DNA of 64,000 nt, taken from positions 143,840,001 to 143,904,000 of the forward strand of contig OZ024740.1 in assembly GCA_964016885.1 (NCBI GenBank), written 5' to 3'. The notes below the pieces were generated by a model. It was not told the origin of the DNA. It saw only the letters and a list, made by a program, of their open reading frames with translations, and did not search any database. The stretch is from Eledone cirrhosa (taxonomy: Eukaryota). Position numbers and translations under genes: made by a program. This document shows positions 12,861 through 25,692 of the stretch, one piece after another; position 1 is the first letter of the stretch; the number at the start of each line of letters is the position of its first letter.

Positions 12861-13589
12861 TTCAGCATCACTCATCGGTGTCATACAGCCGAACTTTTTT
12901 CATGTATTACCATCAATTTATACTCTCTTAACCCTTTTGTGACTATATTTCTAATGAAATACATTCTTTCAATTAATTAATGAATAAATTCGAGGTATTT
13001 AATAAAATTATTATTTCATTTCTAATACAGTAATTTAACATGGTTCTTATATAAATTATATTGAACGATTTTAATAGGAACCCTTTAAAATGGATGGTTT
13101 TGTTTCATAGAACCAGAGGTAGGTTGATATCAAAAGGGTTAAAGATGACTAGACAGTAGTGAATTGACCAATATAGAGGATGGTTGATAAAATGTTGAGA
13201 AAATGAGGATGACAACCATTATCATCACTACCATGACTAGGTTCTGTGATAACAAGACTCATTTTAGAGTGATGACTAGATTTTTTCTGAATTGATGTTT
13301 GTGCTGTTTTAACATAGTCATTTATTAAGAGGAGTGGCATACTAAGTCTTGTCAAACATTCTCTAAACTTATGGAAAAATTGTATAAATTTGTAGAATCC
13401 TAATAACAAACTGGTTTGATTGTAATCCATTTATTTTAAAAGTAAAATCTGGGAACCCTTCATAAAGTTTTTCCATGACCTATTTTCTGATTTAAGTCCT
13501 CAGAATTGTTAAAAAAATTTTTCATTTTTGAAATAAATTTTTCAAGTTTCTCGAAATTTTCATATAATTGTAAAAACATTATTTTATTC

Positions 13590-13965
13590 TTACAGGTTTC
13601 AGTCATTAGATTGTAGCCATGCTGAGACACCACCTTAAGAGCATTTAATTGATCATAATGATTCCAGTACTTATTTTATCAATCTCTTTCTTGTCAAACT
13701 GCTAAGTTATGGGGTACAAATGTAGACGTTGATACACACACACACACGCACACATATATACGTCTAACCCATGCTAGCGTGGAAAACGGACGTTAAACGA
13801 AGATGATGATGATGATACAACAGGTTAATGTAGTTTCTGTCAACCACTGGTTGACCAGTACCTTGTAAGTGAAATTTGGTAATAACAGAAGATATTTGCT
13901 CAAGGTACCATGGTGTGGGACTGAACTCGAAATTACATGGCTACAAAGCAAACTCCTTTACCACA
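13590..13965 (-). mobile_element. Degenerate tRNA-derived SINE with a nested plus-strand RTE tail (about 13762-13816)
   Basis: Reverse B-box-like gaactcgaa near 13923; nested ccatgctagcgtggaaaacggacgttaaacgaagatgatgat. Confidence 0.55.
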
Positions 13966-14032
13966 CACACATCTCTACTCCTAATTTCATTATATAACTA
14001 AATTAACTCATTTTTGTGGTCTTATTTTTCAG

Positions 14033-14689
14033 AATCCATTACGAAACAAAAAATGAATGCTGATACTACTAAATTAATGAGTAATACTACAAAATATATA
14101 TCAACAACGCCCGTTTTACTTAAACAGAACAACATTACATCTAACAATACATTAATCCGGCTACTTCTTAATTCTTCTAAACATGATGACATAGATACCA
14201 CCAATTTACTATCTTCAGTAGGAAATCAGAATGTCAGTAGAAATGAACCAGTCTTAAATTCCAACACAAGCAATTTACTATCTTCAGTAGGAAATCAGAA
14301 TGTCAGTGGAAATGGACCAGTCTTAAATTCTAACACAAGCAATTTACAATCTTCAGTAGGAAATCAGAATGTCAGTGGAAATGGACCAGTCTTAAATTCC
14401 AACACAAGCAATTTACTATCTTCAGTAGGAAATCAGAATGTCAGTGGAAATGGACCAGTCTTAAATTCCAACACAAGCAATTTACTATCTTCAGTAGGAA
14501 ATCAGAATGTCAGTGGAAATGGACCAGTCTTAAATTCCAACACAAGCAATTTTATATCTTCAGTAAAAAATCTCAATGGTAATGGATCAGTCTTAAATTC
14601 CAACACAAACGGTTTACAATCTTCAGTAGGCTATCAGAATGTCAATGGAAATGGACCAGTCTTAAATTCCGACAACAATTTACAATCTG
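14033..14689 (+). CDS. TGOLN2: TGN38/TGOLN2-KCT2-like gene, exon 2 (Asn/Ser/Thr-rich repeat stalk)
   Basis: Acceptor ttatttttcAG at 14031-14032 and donor TCTG|GTAATT at 14689/14690; 657 nt, phase 1-1, open in the frame of ORF 14014-14736. Confidence 0.8.
14203..14689 (+). repeat. Coding minisatellite, 69-bp unit (NLLSSVGNQNVSGNGPVLNSNTS), about 7 copies
   Basis: Near-identical units start at 14203, 14272, 14341, 14410 and 14479; degenerate in-frame units at 14548 (63 bp) and 14611 (66 bp). Confidence 0.95.
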
Positions 14690-15899
14690 GTAATTTATTT
14701 TTTAATTGCCATTTATTTGATAAATTAATTTTGTAATATTTTATCCTCTAACTCGTTTATTTTGTATGAAGTGAAACGAAAAGAACAAGCAAACGTTTTT
14801 CTGTTATTTAAAAAAGAATTTCTTATGGTTTATAGTTTTCAGAAAACTAAGATTATTCAGTGTAAATTTAGCATGCTAGAATTTTTTTGAAAACAAACTT
14901 CCTGCTATTTTGGTGTGTCATAAAAAGGATAAAACATGCACAGTAATTATATTTGTTCAACATTTAGAAATTTCATTGAAAATTGTTTAAGATAAATTTG
15001 AATTTTAAATAGCTTTATTTTAGAGGGCATTTCTTACAAACAATAGTATTGAACAAGATGACATGAAAGCATTAAGTTTGTTACTTGTTATTTAGTCCCA
15101 TGTCAGCCCTGATATCAAGGATGGTAGAATGTGATTTTATAGCAATATGACTATTTGTATTTTTTATTTTTTTTATTTTGTAATATATCATCCAATTGCA
15201 TTTAGTTATTTTTATTATTATTAAATTGAAAATAAGGAAGAAGTGCTGAACACAATTCTGTATATTTTGTTTGGCAGCTTCGAATTTTAATGAAATTTAA
15301 ATGGAAGTTGATTTTGAAGAGATTTTATTAATACTTTAGTTTGTAGTCCATACTTGAAACTATACTGTTAATTTTTTTTTACTAATATTTATTCTTTATT
15401 TTGTTATCATGTTATCAAAATACCTTTTCTATTTACAATGCATTATGTCCTTGGGCATGGCACTTTAGTTCACGTTGCCTTCTACCTGGCGTTGTGACCA
15501 ATAGATAGCATTAGCAATTGGAAAGACCAATGGAAACATTGTTTCCTCGGTCCAATTTGATGAAGGTCAATTGTTCAAGTAGAAATGCTAGTGTTAAGGA
15601 CTTATAGTTGCAGTGACTTCTTTAAGAACAATTTCTGCTTCAGTGTAATGACAATAATATAAGACAAAGTTTAATTCTATCCTCTTTAAATGTTGGTGTT
15701 TAGTGTGAACAGCTGTAAGTCAACGACTGTAGGAGAAACATGGTTGCCGAAGGAAATTCAATAACCTGGGATAAGAAATACATGATGAAGAATGAGTAGA
15801 GTAGTGCCAGATGGGTTTGGGTGGAGGCAGTATGCAACTAGCTAGTTCTGCGGTAGAGAAGCTAGTGTATAGTTGTAGAAGAGGCAGTGAGGAAATGGC

Positions 15900-16830
15900 A
15901 CATCTGCGGACTAATTTCTGTCCTTAAACACTCTTTCCAGCAGCTTCTATCAGAAGCAACTGCATCCAACTAATCCAGCTGGATCCCCAAGCAAAACTAG
16001 TCAAGCTCATGGATGTTATCCAACCATTTGCTTAGGATCTATCCCTGGGTCTCCTGCCAGTTGGTTTTGCCCATAAAATTTGTCCAGCAACTCTTTCCTG
16101 AGACATTCTAGTCACATGCCCATATTATTGGAGCTGTGATCTCTCAATTCAGAGAAGTAGTGGCTCTATCTGGAGTGACTCTGATCACTGAGCTATGCAC
16201 TCTATGGAGTAATGTTACTAAATTGAAGATAACGAGTTTGGCTTTTACACCTACCTCCCTTCTGATTACTGAATGCTAAAGCTGGTGCATTTCTGCACCA
16301 GCTCCTGCAATACTTGCACTTAATTCATATGCCTTTTCAAGGTCGACAAAACAAACCAACAATATACCTCTTGGCAATACTCCCATGATTTCTCGAAGAC
16401 CTGGCACAGTGTGAATATTTAGTCATCTGTGCTGTGTCCAGGGAAAAAAAACACACTGTTTATCAGCTAGCTTCAACTTCACAATCTCCCTGCATCTCTT
16501 TGCCAGACACTTAGCATAGACTTTACCAGGAAGGCTTAACAAGGACATCCTTCTGTAATTGGAACAATCTCTCTTGTCTTCCTTTTTGAAAATTGTGATT
16601 ATCACTCCCGATGGTCATAGCTTAGGTGCCTTTCCAGAGATCCAGGCCACTTGGCACACACGAGTCAGCCAGAGAATATCGTCTCTATTTAAGACTTTTA
16701 ACATCTCGGGTCGGAGTTCATCTTTCCCAGTGGCCTAGCCACATTTGAGCTCTTTAACTACTGTTTTGACCTCGGAGATTAGTCACAGCTCCCAGATGCA
16801 CCTCATGTACGTCAGACGATGCTGTTGTGA
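15900..16830 (-). mobile_element. Decayed LINE of a second RTE family
   Basis: IFKKEDKRDCSNYRRMSLLSLPGKVYAKCL (16423-16605) followed by FVDLEKAY-like sequence. Confidence 0.8.
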
Positions 16831-17051
16831 TCTTGCTAGATATGAGTAATAGATTATTGGCAGTTTAATAATTTAATCCCTCATCCAGGATGTTTCTCAA
16901 AGACATTCAGTTTATAGAACTGATGTTTTTATATTGAAAAATAACTGCATGTTCTCCAAGCTCAGTTTTAATCTTATTTATTTTTTAACAAAATATCCTA
17001 CCTCACATATTCTCTAATTAATTTCTATCTTATTATAATTTTATTTATTAT

Positions 17052-17087
<36 letters not shown>

Positions 17088-18027
17088 ATCATTTATTGGT
17101 TGGCTCTTAACATCCTGTAGCACATGAAACTGCATTTACAAGACATCCTTGAAAATTACAAAACTGTACTGACAGCATCACATTAAAAATTAGTCTTAAT
17201 TTTACTTTCACAATGATCTGCTCAATAGTAAAGATACTATTTGAATTAACCAACAAGTTTTTAAATATTTTTTACTGAATCAATCATTCAATCAATCAGC
17301 CAAGTTCACATAACTGGTGCAGCCAGTTGTTGGGTTGCCACTCTAGATGCTTTCCTAGTCAGTTGTTGCCACTGGTCTCTGTTCTGTCATGCGTAGCAAG
17401 GTCTCATTGTTATGGCCTATCCAGTCTTTACCTCTTCTTTGCCCTCTCTCGAATGTGCCCTGAAGGATGGTTTTAGACAGAGGGATGGCGAGATACGTGA
17501 CCTTATGAGGCAAACTTTTGTCTCCACCATTGTGAAGGTAATGAAATTATTACAGGATGTTAAAAGTTAAAAGGCAGAAGAAATATTAATGATAGTTTGA
17601 ATATATCTTAGTTGGGTAATATTAATTCAATCTTGTACATGTGAGAAGTATGCTCCCCAGTGTAAACTTATAGTATATAAAGTTCTGCAGATTAATTCCA
17701 CTCAACCTACTAAGAGATTTTTGTGATGAGTAACCTTAACCCTTTCGATACTAAACTACATGAAAGCATTTACAATATGTTTCATATACGTCTTTATTAT
17801 GAATCACGCTATGTTAGTGCTACTGCTAATTAATACCAGCTCATCCAGAGCATATCCAGCAGATGTTTCATTTGCAAAAGCTATATATAAACAATAGCTT
17901 ATTTTACTTCAGTATCAAGTGAGTAAATGTCACTGGAGATGGATAACAATACTGAAACACTAGTCTAGTGCCTGGTGTTCTCACACAGCTACTGAGGTAC
18001 CTATGACATCATCACAGTTTAATACAT

Positions 18028-18960
18028 GTATCATCATCATCATCATCATTGTCATTTTAACGTCTGCTTTCCCTGCTAGGGTTGGACAGGTCCATTTAAA
18101 CCAAGTCATTACTGAAATGGAGCCACTGATCTCTTGGGCAGGTCAGGGACCTGTGTGCTTATGTACGGTCTCACATTCCTTTGAGTGCTCAGGAGAGGTT
18201 GTCATGCCTTTGACGCAACTGAGGGTCCTCCCAACCTTTGTTTGGCAAGATTTCTATGGCTGGATGCCCTTCCTATCACTAACCACTTTACAGCGTGTAC
18301 TGGGTGCATTTATCGTGTAAATCGCCTACACTAGGGAGGCTGTCATGTCCATGACACGATTGATGGGTCCTTCTGACTTTGTTTTCTTGGCAAGCTCTCC
18401 ATAGCCTGGAAGCCTTCCTATCAACAACCGTGTCATGGGGAGGGGGGATGCAGTTGCCCGGAATGTCGGGACAGGGTGAAGTTGAGAATAACTGTCAAGT
18501 CACATTGTAAGCTGCAGATCGGGACTTCTTCAGCACTGCATAGTGCCAGCTCTTGCAGTATTTAGTCACTTCTGTTGTCGGGTTTAGATTTCTAAGATCA
18601 GTCCTTACAACCTTGTCCCATGTCTTCCTGGGTCTGCCTTTTCTACGGATCCTAGCCACTGGGGTTTCTCTGCAGTTCTTTATGCAGCTGCCATTTTCCA
18701 TGTGCATCACATGGCCATACCAATACAGTCTTCTCTCTGGCACACTACAACCAATTTCTTTTATACTAAGTTTTTCCTGCAGTTTGTCTATGCTATGTCA
18801 CTTATGCACATCCATCAGAGAATACTCGACTTATTTCTTTCTGCAATCAAGGTCCATATTTCACTGCCATGTAACATTGCAGTTCGCATAGAGGCATTAT
18901 ACAGTCTACCTTTCACTCTGAGAGAAAAGCTTTTTGTTGTTAGCAGTGGTAATAGATCTC
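18028..18960 (-). mobile_element. RTE LINE 3' fragment
   Basis: ERRLYWYGHVMHM..GRPRKTW; (CAT)n tail at about 18028-18050. Confidence 0.88.
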
Positions 18961-19282
18961 ATATTTATTTATATATATATATTTTTCCATATGTATGTAT
19001 GTATAGCATTTATTTATGTCTATCATGAAGAATATGTCCCAAGTTGAGTTTAGTGAAACAACTACTTTACTTAAAAAAATAAGTGTTAGCATCAGAAAGG
19101 ACATAGTGTAATACTTCAAAATGTCTCCTCCAACTCTTAAGAAGCTCTGTAATATAGAATTCTTTCGTTTTTGTCATCTTTAAGTAGTTGAAAATGTTAC
19201 TCTTTCTATTTCATTGTAATATTTGAATTGATTTTAACTCTAGAATTTTTTATCACTCACTTTAAAAAAAATTATAATTTAG

Positions 19283-19455
19283 GTAACAATTTGAATGGAG
19301 GATATGGTGGTGATAAATCAGGTGTTTCTCCCAAGAAAACACCCATGGAACCAGCATATAATGAAGCACCTTCATCTGCACATTTCATGGGTTATTTCTT
19401 AACTGCTATTGTTCTCTGTATTGCTGGATATATTGTTTTCCACAACAAACAAAAG
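19283..19455 (+). CDS. TGOLN2: TGN38/TGOLN2-KCT2-like gene, exon 3 (transmembrane helix)
   Basis: Acceptor tttAG at 19281-19282, phase 1; encodes SSAHFMGYFLTAIVLCIAGYIVFHNKQK, the family HF..Y..TM..HNK.K signature; donor AAG|GTAAA at 19455/19456, phase 0. Confidence 0.93.
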
Positions 19456-20646
19456 GTAAAACATTTATTTTCCATTCTAATTTTTTAAATCTAATTTCAT
19501 TTTTGTTACCAATCAATAAATTTTCAATTAGATAAAAACAAATTTATTTACAATTTGACTAACGATGATACATTAACCTTTTATGAGTTCAAGGATATGG
19601 TGGTCATGGCTGGAATGTTTTCGATTAATTAGGAGTAATCTGAGATAAAACAATAATGCTGCTCATGCAGAAGATAAATTATTGGCCACTGTCAACTATT
19701 TGCATCAGTTAATATCCACTACTTCCTTTATTCCCTGAGAAACATCAAATATCTTTGATCTAAATTGAATCTTTACCCAGTCTCTGATCATTGTCTAATC
19801 AAGGTAACATACTTCATAGTCTCCTATCATACAACATGACCAAATCCTCTAGTATCTGGTTCTTTAAGTCAGCAATTTAGTTGAAGTTCAACCAATTTTA
19901 GGCCAACTACCTCCTAGTAGTAAATATTTCATTCCCAACTCATCTGAGATGACTAACCAAATGACTGAAACTATCCACCTAAGCATGTTCCACTACATTC
20001 CTCACAATCAGAACCCATAACCTTAACATCCTTTTAAGTGGTTTACATGCAGCAACTGTCTAAGCCATACAAGCATGGAAAATAAGCATTAAATTGTAGT
20101 GAGTACGGGCAAAGAACACAGCTACTGCTAATAGGAAGCTTTTATTCACCTTCTCTAACAAATGTATTCAAAAACAAGAAAGAGCATCTAGTTGTAAAAA
20201 TTATTGCTTGAATTTCTTTTTCAAAATGCGTGAAGATAGAAACGTTTGGTAAGAAAATACATTTTAAGGTGTAAAAATTGTTTATACTGCAATGGTTAGC
20301 ACACTTAAGTTAACAGATGTATGGTTTGATACAAATGTGGGTGTTCATTATAATTTTGACTCAAGAATGTATTGTTTACTAATGTATCCTTGAGCTAGAT
20401 AGTTTATTTCATGTTGCTCCAGTCCACTCAGCTGAAAACAATTGGTTATACCTGTAATTACATTGGCTAGTCTTGTCACACACTGTGTCATGTTGAATCA
20501 ACTGAGAATTGCATTAAGGGTACATATGTCTGGAATGCTCAGCCACTTCACTTTAATTTTATGAACTGACTGTTCTGTTGATCAAACAACTAGAACAGGC
20601 TTTGATAGAACCAACAGGGTCCAGCACAATATTTGGTATTTAATAT

Positions 20647-20690
<44 letters not shown>

Positions 20691-20691
20691 C

Positions 20692-21033
20692 TCATCATCA
20701 TCATTTCATTTTACGTCCACTTTTTCCCTGCTTGCAAGGGTGGGATGGGAATTGATTCTGGCTTGATTTCTACAGCTGGATGCCCTTCCTAACACCAACC
20801 TCATTTACAGTGAGTGCTGGGTGCTTTTTTGTCATGGCACTTCCACCATCACTTTGCAGTGGAATGATATGGACCCCAGACCCTATCATCTCATTTCTAC
20901 AGCTGAGTAAACTGGAGCAATGTGAAATAAAGTGTCTTGCTCAATGAAACAACACGTCACCCGGTCTGAGAATTGAACTCACAACCTTTTGATTGCAAAG
21001 CCAATGTTCTAACCACTAAGCCATGTGCCTCCA
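20692..21033 (-). mobile_element. tRNA-head SINE with RTE-derived tail (same family as 48224-48566)
   Basis: Reverse complement aligns along its length with the 48224 copy; A/B boxes and (CAT)n tail. Confidence 0.88.
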
Positions 21034-21162
21034 TCCATATATATTGATCATTGCCTTTATTTTCTGCTTTGCTTAAAATGAAATAAATCTCTTTTCCTGT
21101 TAGAATTTAGCTTAATACCATTCATCATTCCTTCTAATATCAATAAAATTATCTTTTTCCAG

Positions 21163-21306
21163 ATTATTGCATTCATCATAGAAGGGCGAAACCAGAAACG
21201 TGGTCGAAGGCCAAATGTTAATGAATATAAGAAACTGCAAACGAATGTTGATGATGTAATGGTTTCCTTAGATAAATCAACGACTGCACAGAATTATATA
21301 TACTAA
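21163..21306 (+). CDS. TGOLN2: TGN38/TGOLN2-KCT2-like gene, exon 4 (cytoplasmic tail, stop)
   Basis: Acceptor tctttttccAG at 21161-21162; IIAFIIEGRNQKRGRRPNVNEYKKLQTNVDDVMVSLDKSTTAQNYIY*. IIAF..EG and RRP...Y..L match TGN38; the NV...M.SL..NYIY end matches KCT2. Too short to appear in the ORF track. Confidence 0.93.
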   Translation: MIAFIIEGRNQKRGRRPNVNEYKKLQTNVDDVMVSLDKSTTAQNYIY

Positions 21307-23900
21307 AAATATTTTTTTAATCTAAAATGATAGGTATAATGGTATCAATTTGCAGGGCTTAGTCTAACAAGTATACAAACATTTTTAACAAAAATTCATA
21401 TTTTTCCTAAGTTGTGTATTAAATATTTTTTTTATTATCACAACCATTTCATTTACTACTTTTGTTCTTATACTGTTTAGAAAATGTTTATACTTCTTTT
21501 TTTAAACTGAAAATATTAGCACCTTTTAAAAACTTCTTTTAGTATTAAATCAGTTCCATATGAGTTAACAAATAAGATTTTTCTCCTTATATTTTAGTAT
21601 AAATTGAATTAAATTTCCACTTATGCTTCACATTATTAAAATAATTTCAATTTCAAATACAATATAAAGAAACTTAACAAATTGTTTATAAGAGGTTTCT
21701 CACTTGGATTTGTTATTTAAAAATTATTTCATTATACTTGATAAAATCACTTTTTGTACTGTTCAGAAAAGAAATTAAATTTATTTTCATTTATAAAAAG
21801 AAAATCTTGCATTAAAACTTTTTTTTAAATATTTCTCATTTTTGATTTTGAAACTTAATTTCATAAAAAATAGCAAATTATAAATATGTTGGCGTTTACA
21901 AGTGTTACCTAAACTGTGAAGAAATAGAAACAAAAACTGAAGAAAATGATATAAAATGTGGTACATTATCAGCTGCTTTTCTTTAGAATCTGATAGCTAT
22001 ATATTTACCCATTTTTTTTAGAGGGTATGTCTATCCAGAAACATCAACATATATTAAGACATGATTCTGTGACAGTGTTAATATGGGAAAATATGTAAAA
22101 TTGTATGTATGAGAGATAGAAAGATTTAAGTTTAGGTTGAAATTATAAATTTATTTTAATTTGTTAATTGAAGATTTCTATTGAATAGAGTGACTGTATG
22201 GCATTCAAGCTAAACATGATCAAAAAGTAATTTGTCTTTTCTGCTTGTTATCAGAACTTAAATATGATTATAATAACTTAAAAATTATCTTGCAAATATA
22301 AACTTATAGTTCTGGTCACTGCCTTAACTAATGATGATTATAATATCTTATGTCCGTTATACCCATTGTTCAATCATACATTTATCTCCAGCCTTGAACA
22401 AATGTTATGTCCAGCAGCTGATGAATGTTACCCTGTATATTTTCCCCTTTTTACTAATTCTGTTGTGGAATATGACAGCACTGTTTATATTTTAAAAAGA
22501 GACTTTTGTTATAATGTGGAGTTAAGGAAAAGTGTTAAGAGCTGTAATAGCCAAATGGCCTTAAAAGTTACAACTGAAGTTGTACTAATAAAAATAATTT
22601 TCAAAATTTAAGATAAAAAATATTAATTGAAAATCAAAGCATCTGATTTTTCTAACATTCTAACAAATTTTTCTATATTTTTTTCTTTTGAAATTATCAT
22701 TTCCAAATTACTCCACAATACTGTGAAACAAAGCCTACCAAGTAATGCATCCTAAAGGAGTTCATTCATCTCTAAATTTTAACATGTCAGTTTGTTATAT
22801 ACACATACCGTAATTAGTTACATTTGTGCAATTATGTATGGCATTTGGGGTTCAATTTAATATCACATTTCCATTTGAAATAGATTTTTTTTCTGGAATG
22901 TCTTTTTATTTTATTTTATCCATTAACAAAACAGTCCTGAAATTGACAGAATACTCTCTGCAATGTGAGATAGGCTATTCTGCATGCTCTATGTTAGTGT
23001 TTAAGATATATAATGTACACTAGGTTTAAATTACTTACCTGCATATTCATACATTTAGGGCTTCAATGTTAAAAGAAAAAATGTTATGGGATCTGTATTT
23101 TATGTACATAAATGACAATTATTATAAATTGTTTAGATGATGCAGTTATTGAAATTTTACCATTATAAATTTGTCAATTCTATTTTAAATCTGACTTATT
23201 TATTTTAGTTGAATTTATCTGGTCTCAAAATACTAGGATTTGTTGATATAAATTATTATTGGCATACTTCATTTTAAATGACCCCATTCATATTATTTAG
23301 GTTTCTATTGTTTGTGTGTAGGATGTATTTGAAGTCAAATTAATTTTAAGCTAAGAATTTATTTTTCTATTTCATTTATTTCACAATAGGATCATTTTTA
23401 TGTAGTTTAGCAATATCCTTTTGAAAAGAAATCAATGTAAAATTTTACTTAACAGTTTATATTTTTTTAATGCCTAAACATTTAACACAAATTAGTAAAA
23501 GAAGCTTTGGGGCAGTTTTTTAAAATATACATATCTTTAGTTCTGATCCAAATACACATATTTCCCTAAAACACTATATAAGCTACAATGGATTTTATGT
23601 TAGTACAGGTTTATGTATTTGTTATATGCACAAACACACATAAATATATGTGTTTATATTTATAAAGAAATTTTGAATATTGGTTTCCACATTTCCAAAA
23701 TCATTTCCTCACTATTTTTTCCTCTTTGATAATGTTCTACTTCAATGCAAAATTAACTGTATAGAGTACATAAATATAAACATTTTATGAAATTTTAAAT
23801 CTAAAGCTATCATTGAATGTAGCTTTATAAAAATATTTGCTAGCAAACGTTGAATATTGGTCACAAATGTACAATAGGGTATCATGAAGAATAAGTAAAC
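21307..23900 (+). other. Putative long AT-rich 3' UTR
   Basis: About 2.6 kb of TE-free, U-rich sequence after the stop codon; AATAAA at 22587-22592; a further candidate at 28222-28227. Confidence 0.5.
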
Positions 23901-23929
23901 CATTTTGAAGTATTTATAAAATTTAGCTA

Positions 23930-24497
23930 TTTAAGTGCTTAAAGTGTTGGGCTCATAATTGGGAGATTGGGAGTTCAATTGCCAGACCAGGTGGTGCACA
24001 GTGTCTTTGAGCAATTTCACATTGCTACAGGTCACTCAACTGGTAAAAAAAAAATCAGTTGCGATGTCACTAGTGCCAGGCTGTATTGGCCTTTGCCTTT
24101 CCATTAAAGAATATCAGTGGCGTGGATAGGGGAGATTGGTATGTAAGGATGACTGCAGGTCTTCTACAAAAACATATTATGTGGGCTTAGACCTTGGAAG
24201 GGAACTTTCTAGGTGCAAACCCATGGCCACTCATGATCAAAGGAGGCCTACTACACGCGGTCGTTTTGGTGCCACAACAAAAAGCGCCTAGTCCACACTG
24301 TAAAGTGGTCGTGTAGGTGTCACGACAAAAAGCACGAAGTCCATACTGTAAATGTGGTTGACATTAGAAAGGGCATTCAGCCATTGAAACCAAGCCAGAA
24401 ACAGCTCTGTACGAGAAGGGCATGGCCATCTGATTTGGCTTGACTCACAGCAGGGCAACTCGTCTAACCCAAGTTAAGCAGTGATGATGATGATGTA
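23930..24497 (+). mobile_element. Composite SINE (tRNA-like head, RTE-type tail)
   Basis: B-box-like gagttcaatt at about 23971; ttagaaagggcattcagcc module; (GAT)n end. Confidence 0.7.
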
Positions 24498-24758
24498 TAT
24501 ATGAATATAACTGTTCATTGTATGGCATTTCTGTTTGTGCGGGGTGTAGGAAAGAGTGTGCCTGAGTTGGTGGACTGAAACGTCATTTGAAAGTGCACCA
24601 AAACAAAACCGTAACACCTACTATAAGAGGTTCCCATTGTTGCAAGAGTGTGCAAGTCCCTAGCAGGACATGCTGTTCATGCTTCAGTATGCAGCAATAG
24701 CATTACTTGAAATAAAGTTGCAGTCATCATATATGTATATATATTAATATATATATAT

Positions 24759-25690
24759 CCGTTACCTGGGTGACAAAATCAGCAGTGGGGGAGGGTGCTC
24801 TGAAAGTACAGTAGCCAGAGTCAGAACGGGATGGAAAAAGTTCAGAGAGCTTATACCACTATTGGCTGCTAAAGGTTTCTCTCTAAAAAGGAAAGGCAGA
24901 CTGTATGATGCCTGCATACGAACAGCAATGTTACATGGCAGTGAGACATGGGCATTGTGTGCAGAGGATCTGTGAAGACTGGAGAGGAACGAAGCTTGCA
25001 TGCTCCGTTGGATGTGTAATAGTAATATACGTGAACGGCAAAGCATAAATGAACTAAGTGAGAAATTAGGAATAAGAGGGATCAGATGCTGTTTACTTGA
25101 GAGAAGACTACGTTGGTATGGTCACGTGATGCGCATGAAAGACGACAGCTGTATAAAAAAGTGCAGGGTGATCAAAATTGATGGAAGTTATGGAGTAGGT
25201 AGACCCATAAAAACCTGGGACAATTTGATAAATTCTGACCTTACACACTTACACCTCTCTAAGACAATGTCACTGGACCGAGATCTTTGACACTACGCAG
25301 TAATACAGAAGGCCCGCCTTGCCTAAGTACAAAGTGAAACCTACAGTCAATAGGCACCGCTTAACCAAATATACACACCCCTCCCACTACCCCCCACCCC
25401 CTTCTCTGTAAAGTTATGTTGGTACCACAACATCCGGTCCTAAATAAATGAGGTTGTGTAGGTGTCACGACAAAAGAACAGTCCACGCTGTAATGTGGTC
25501 GTGTAGGTAACATGGTAAAAATCTCCCAGTCTACACTGTAAACGTGGTTGGTGTTAGGAAGGGCATCCAGCCGTAGAAAACCTGCCACACAGTCCTATAT
25601 GAGCAAGACAACCAATCTTGCCTCAAGTGGGACAATTCCCGTCTAAACCCATGCTAGCGTGGAAGATGGACATTAAATGGTGATGATGAT
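24759..25690 (+). mobile_element. 5'-truncated RTE LINE, close relative of the 62538-63466 segment
   Basis: ORF 25000-25290 is nearly identical to the C-terminus of 62526-63200; (GAT)n tail. Confidence 0.92.
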
Positions 25691-25692
25691 AT

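Noticed and set aside
14203-14689. Regular repeats resembling a CRISPR array
   Set aside because: No unique spacers; it is an in-frame coding minisatellite in a eukaryotic exon.
22417-22480. CTGATGA in the 3' UTR as a hammerhead
   Set aside because: No GAAA or pairable stems at suitable spacing.
22366-23023. Short plus-strand ORFs after the stop codon
   Set aside because: Non-ATG starts, AT-rich low-information translations, located within the probable 3' UTR.
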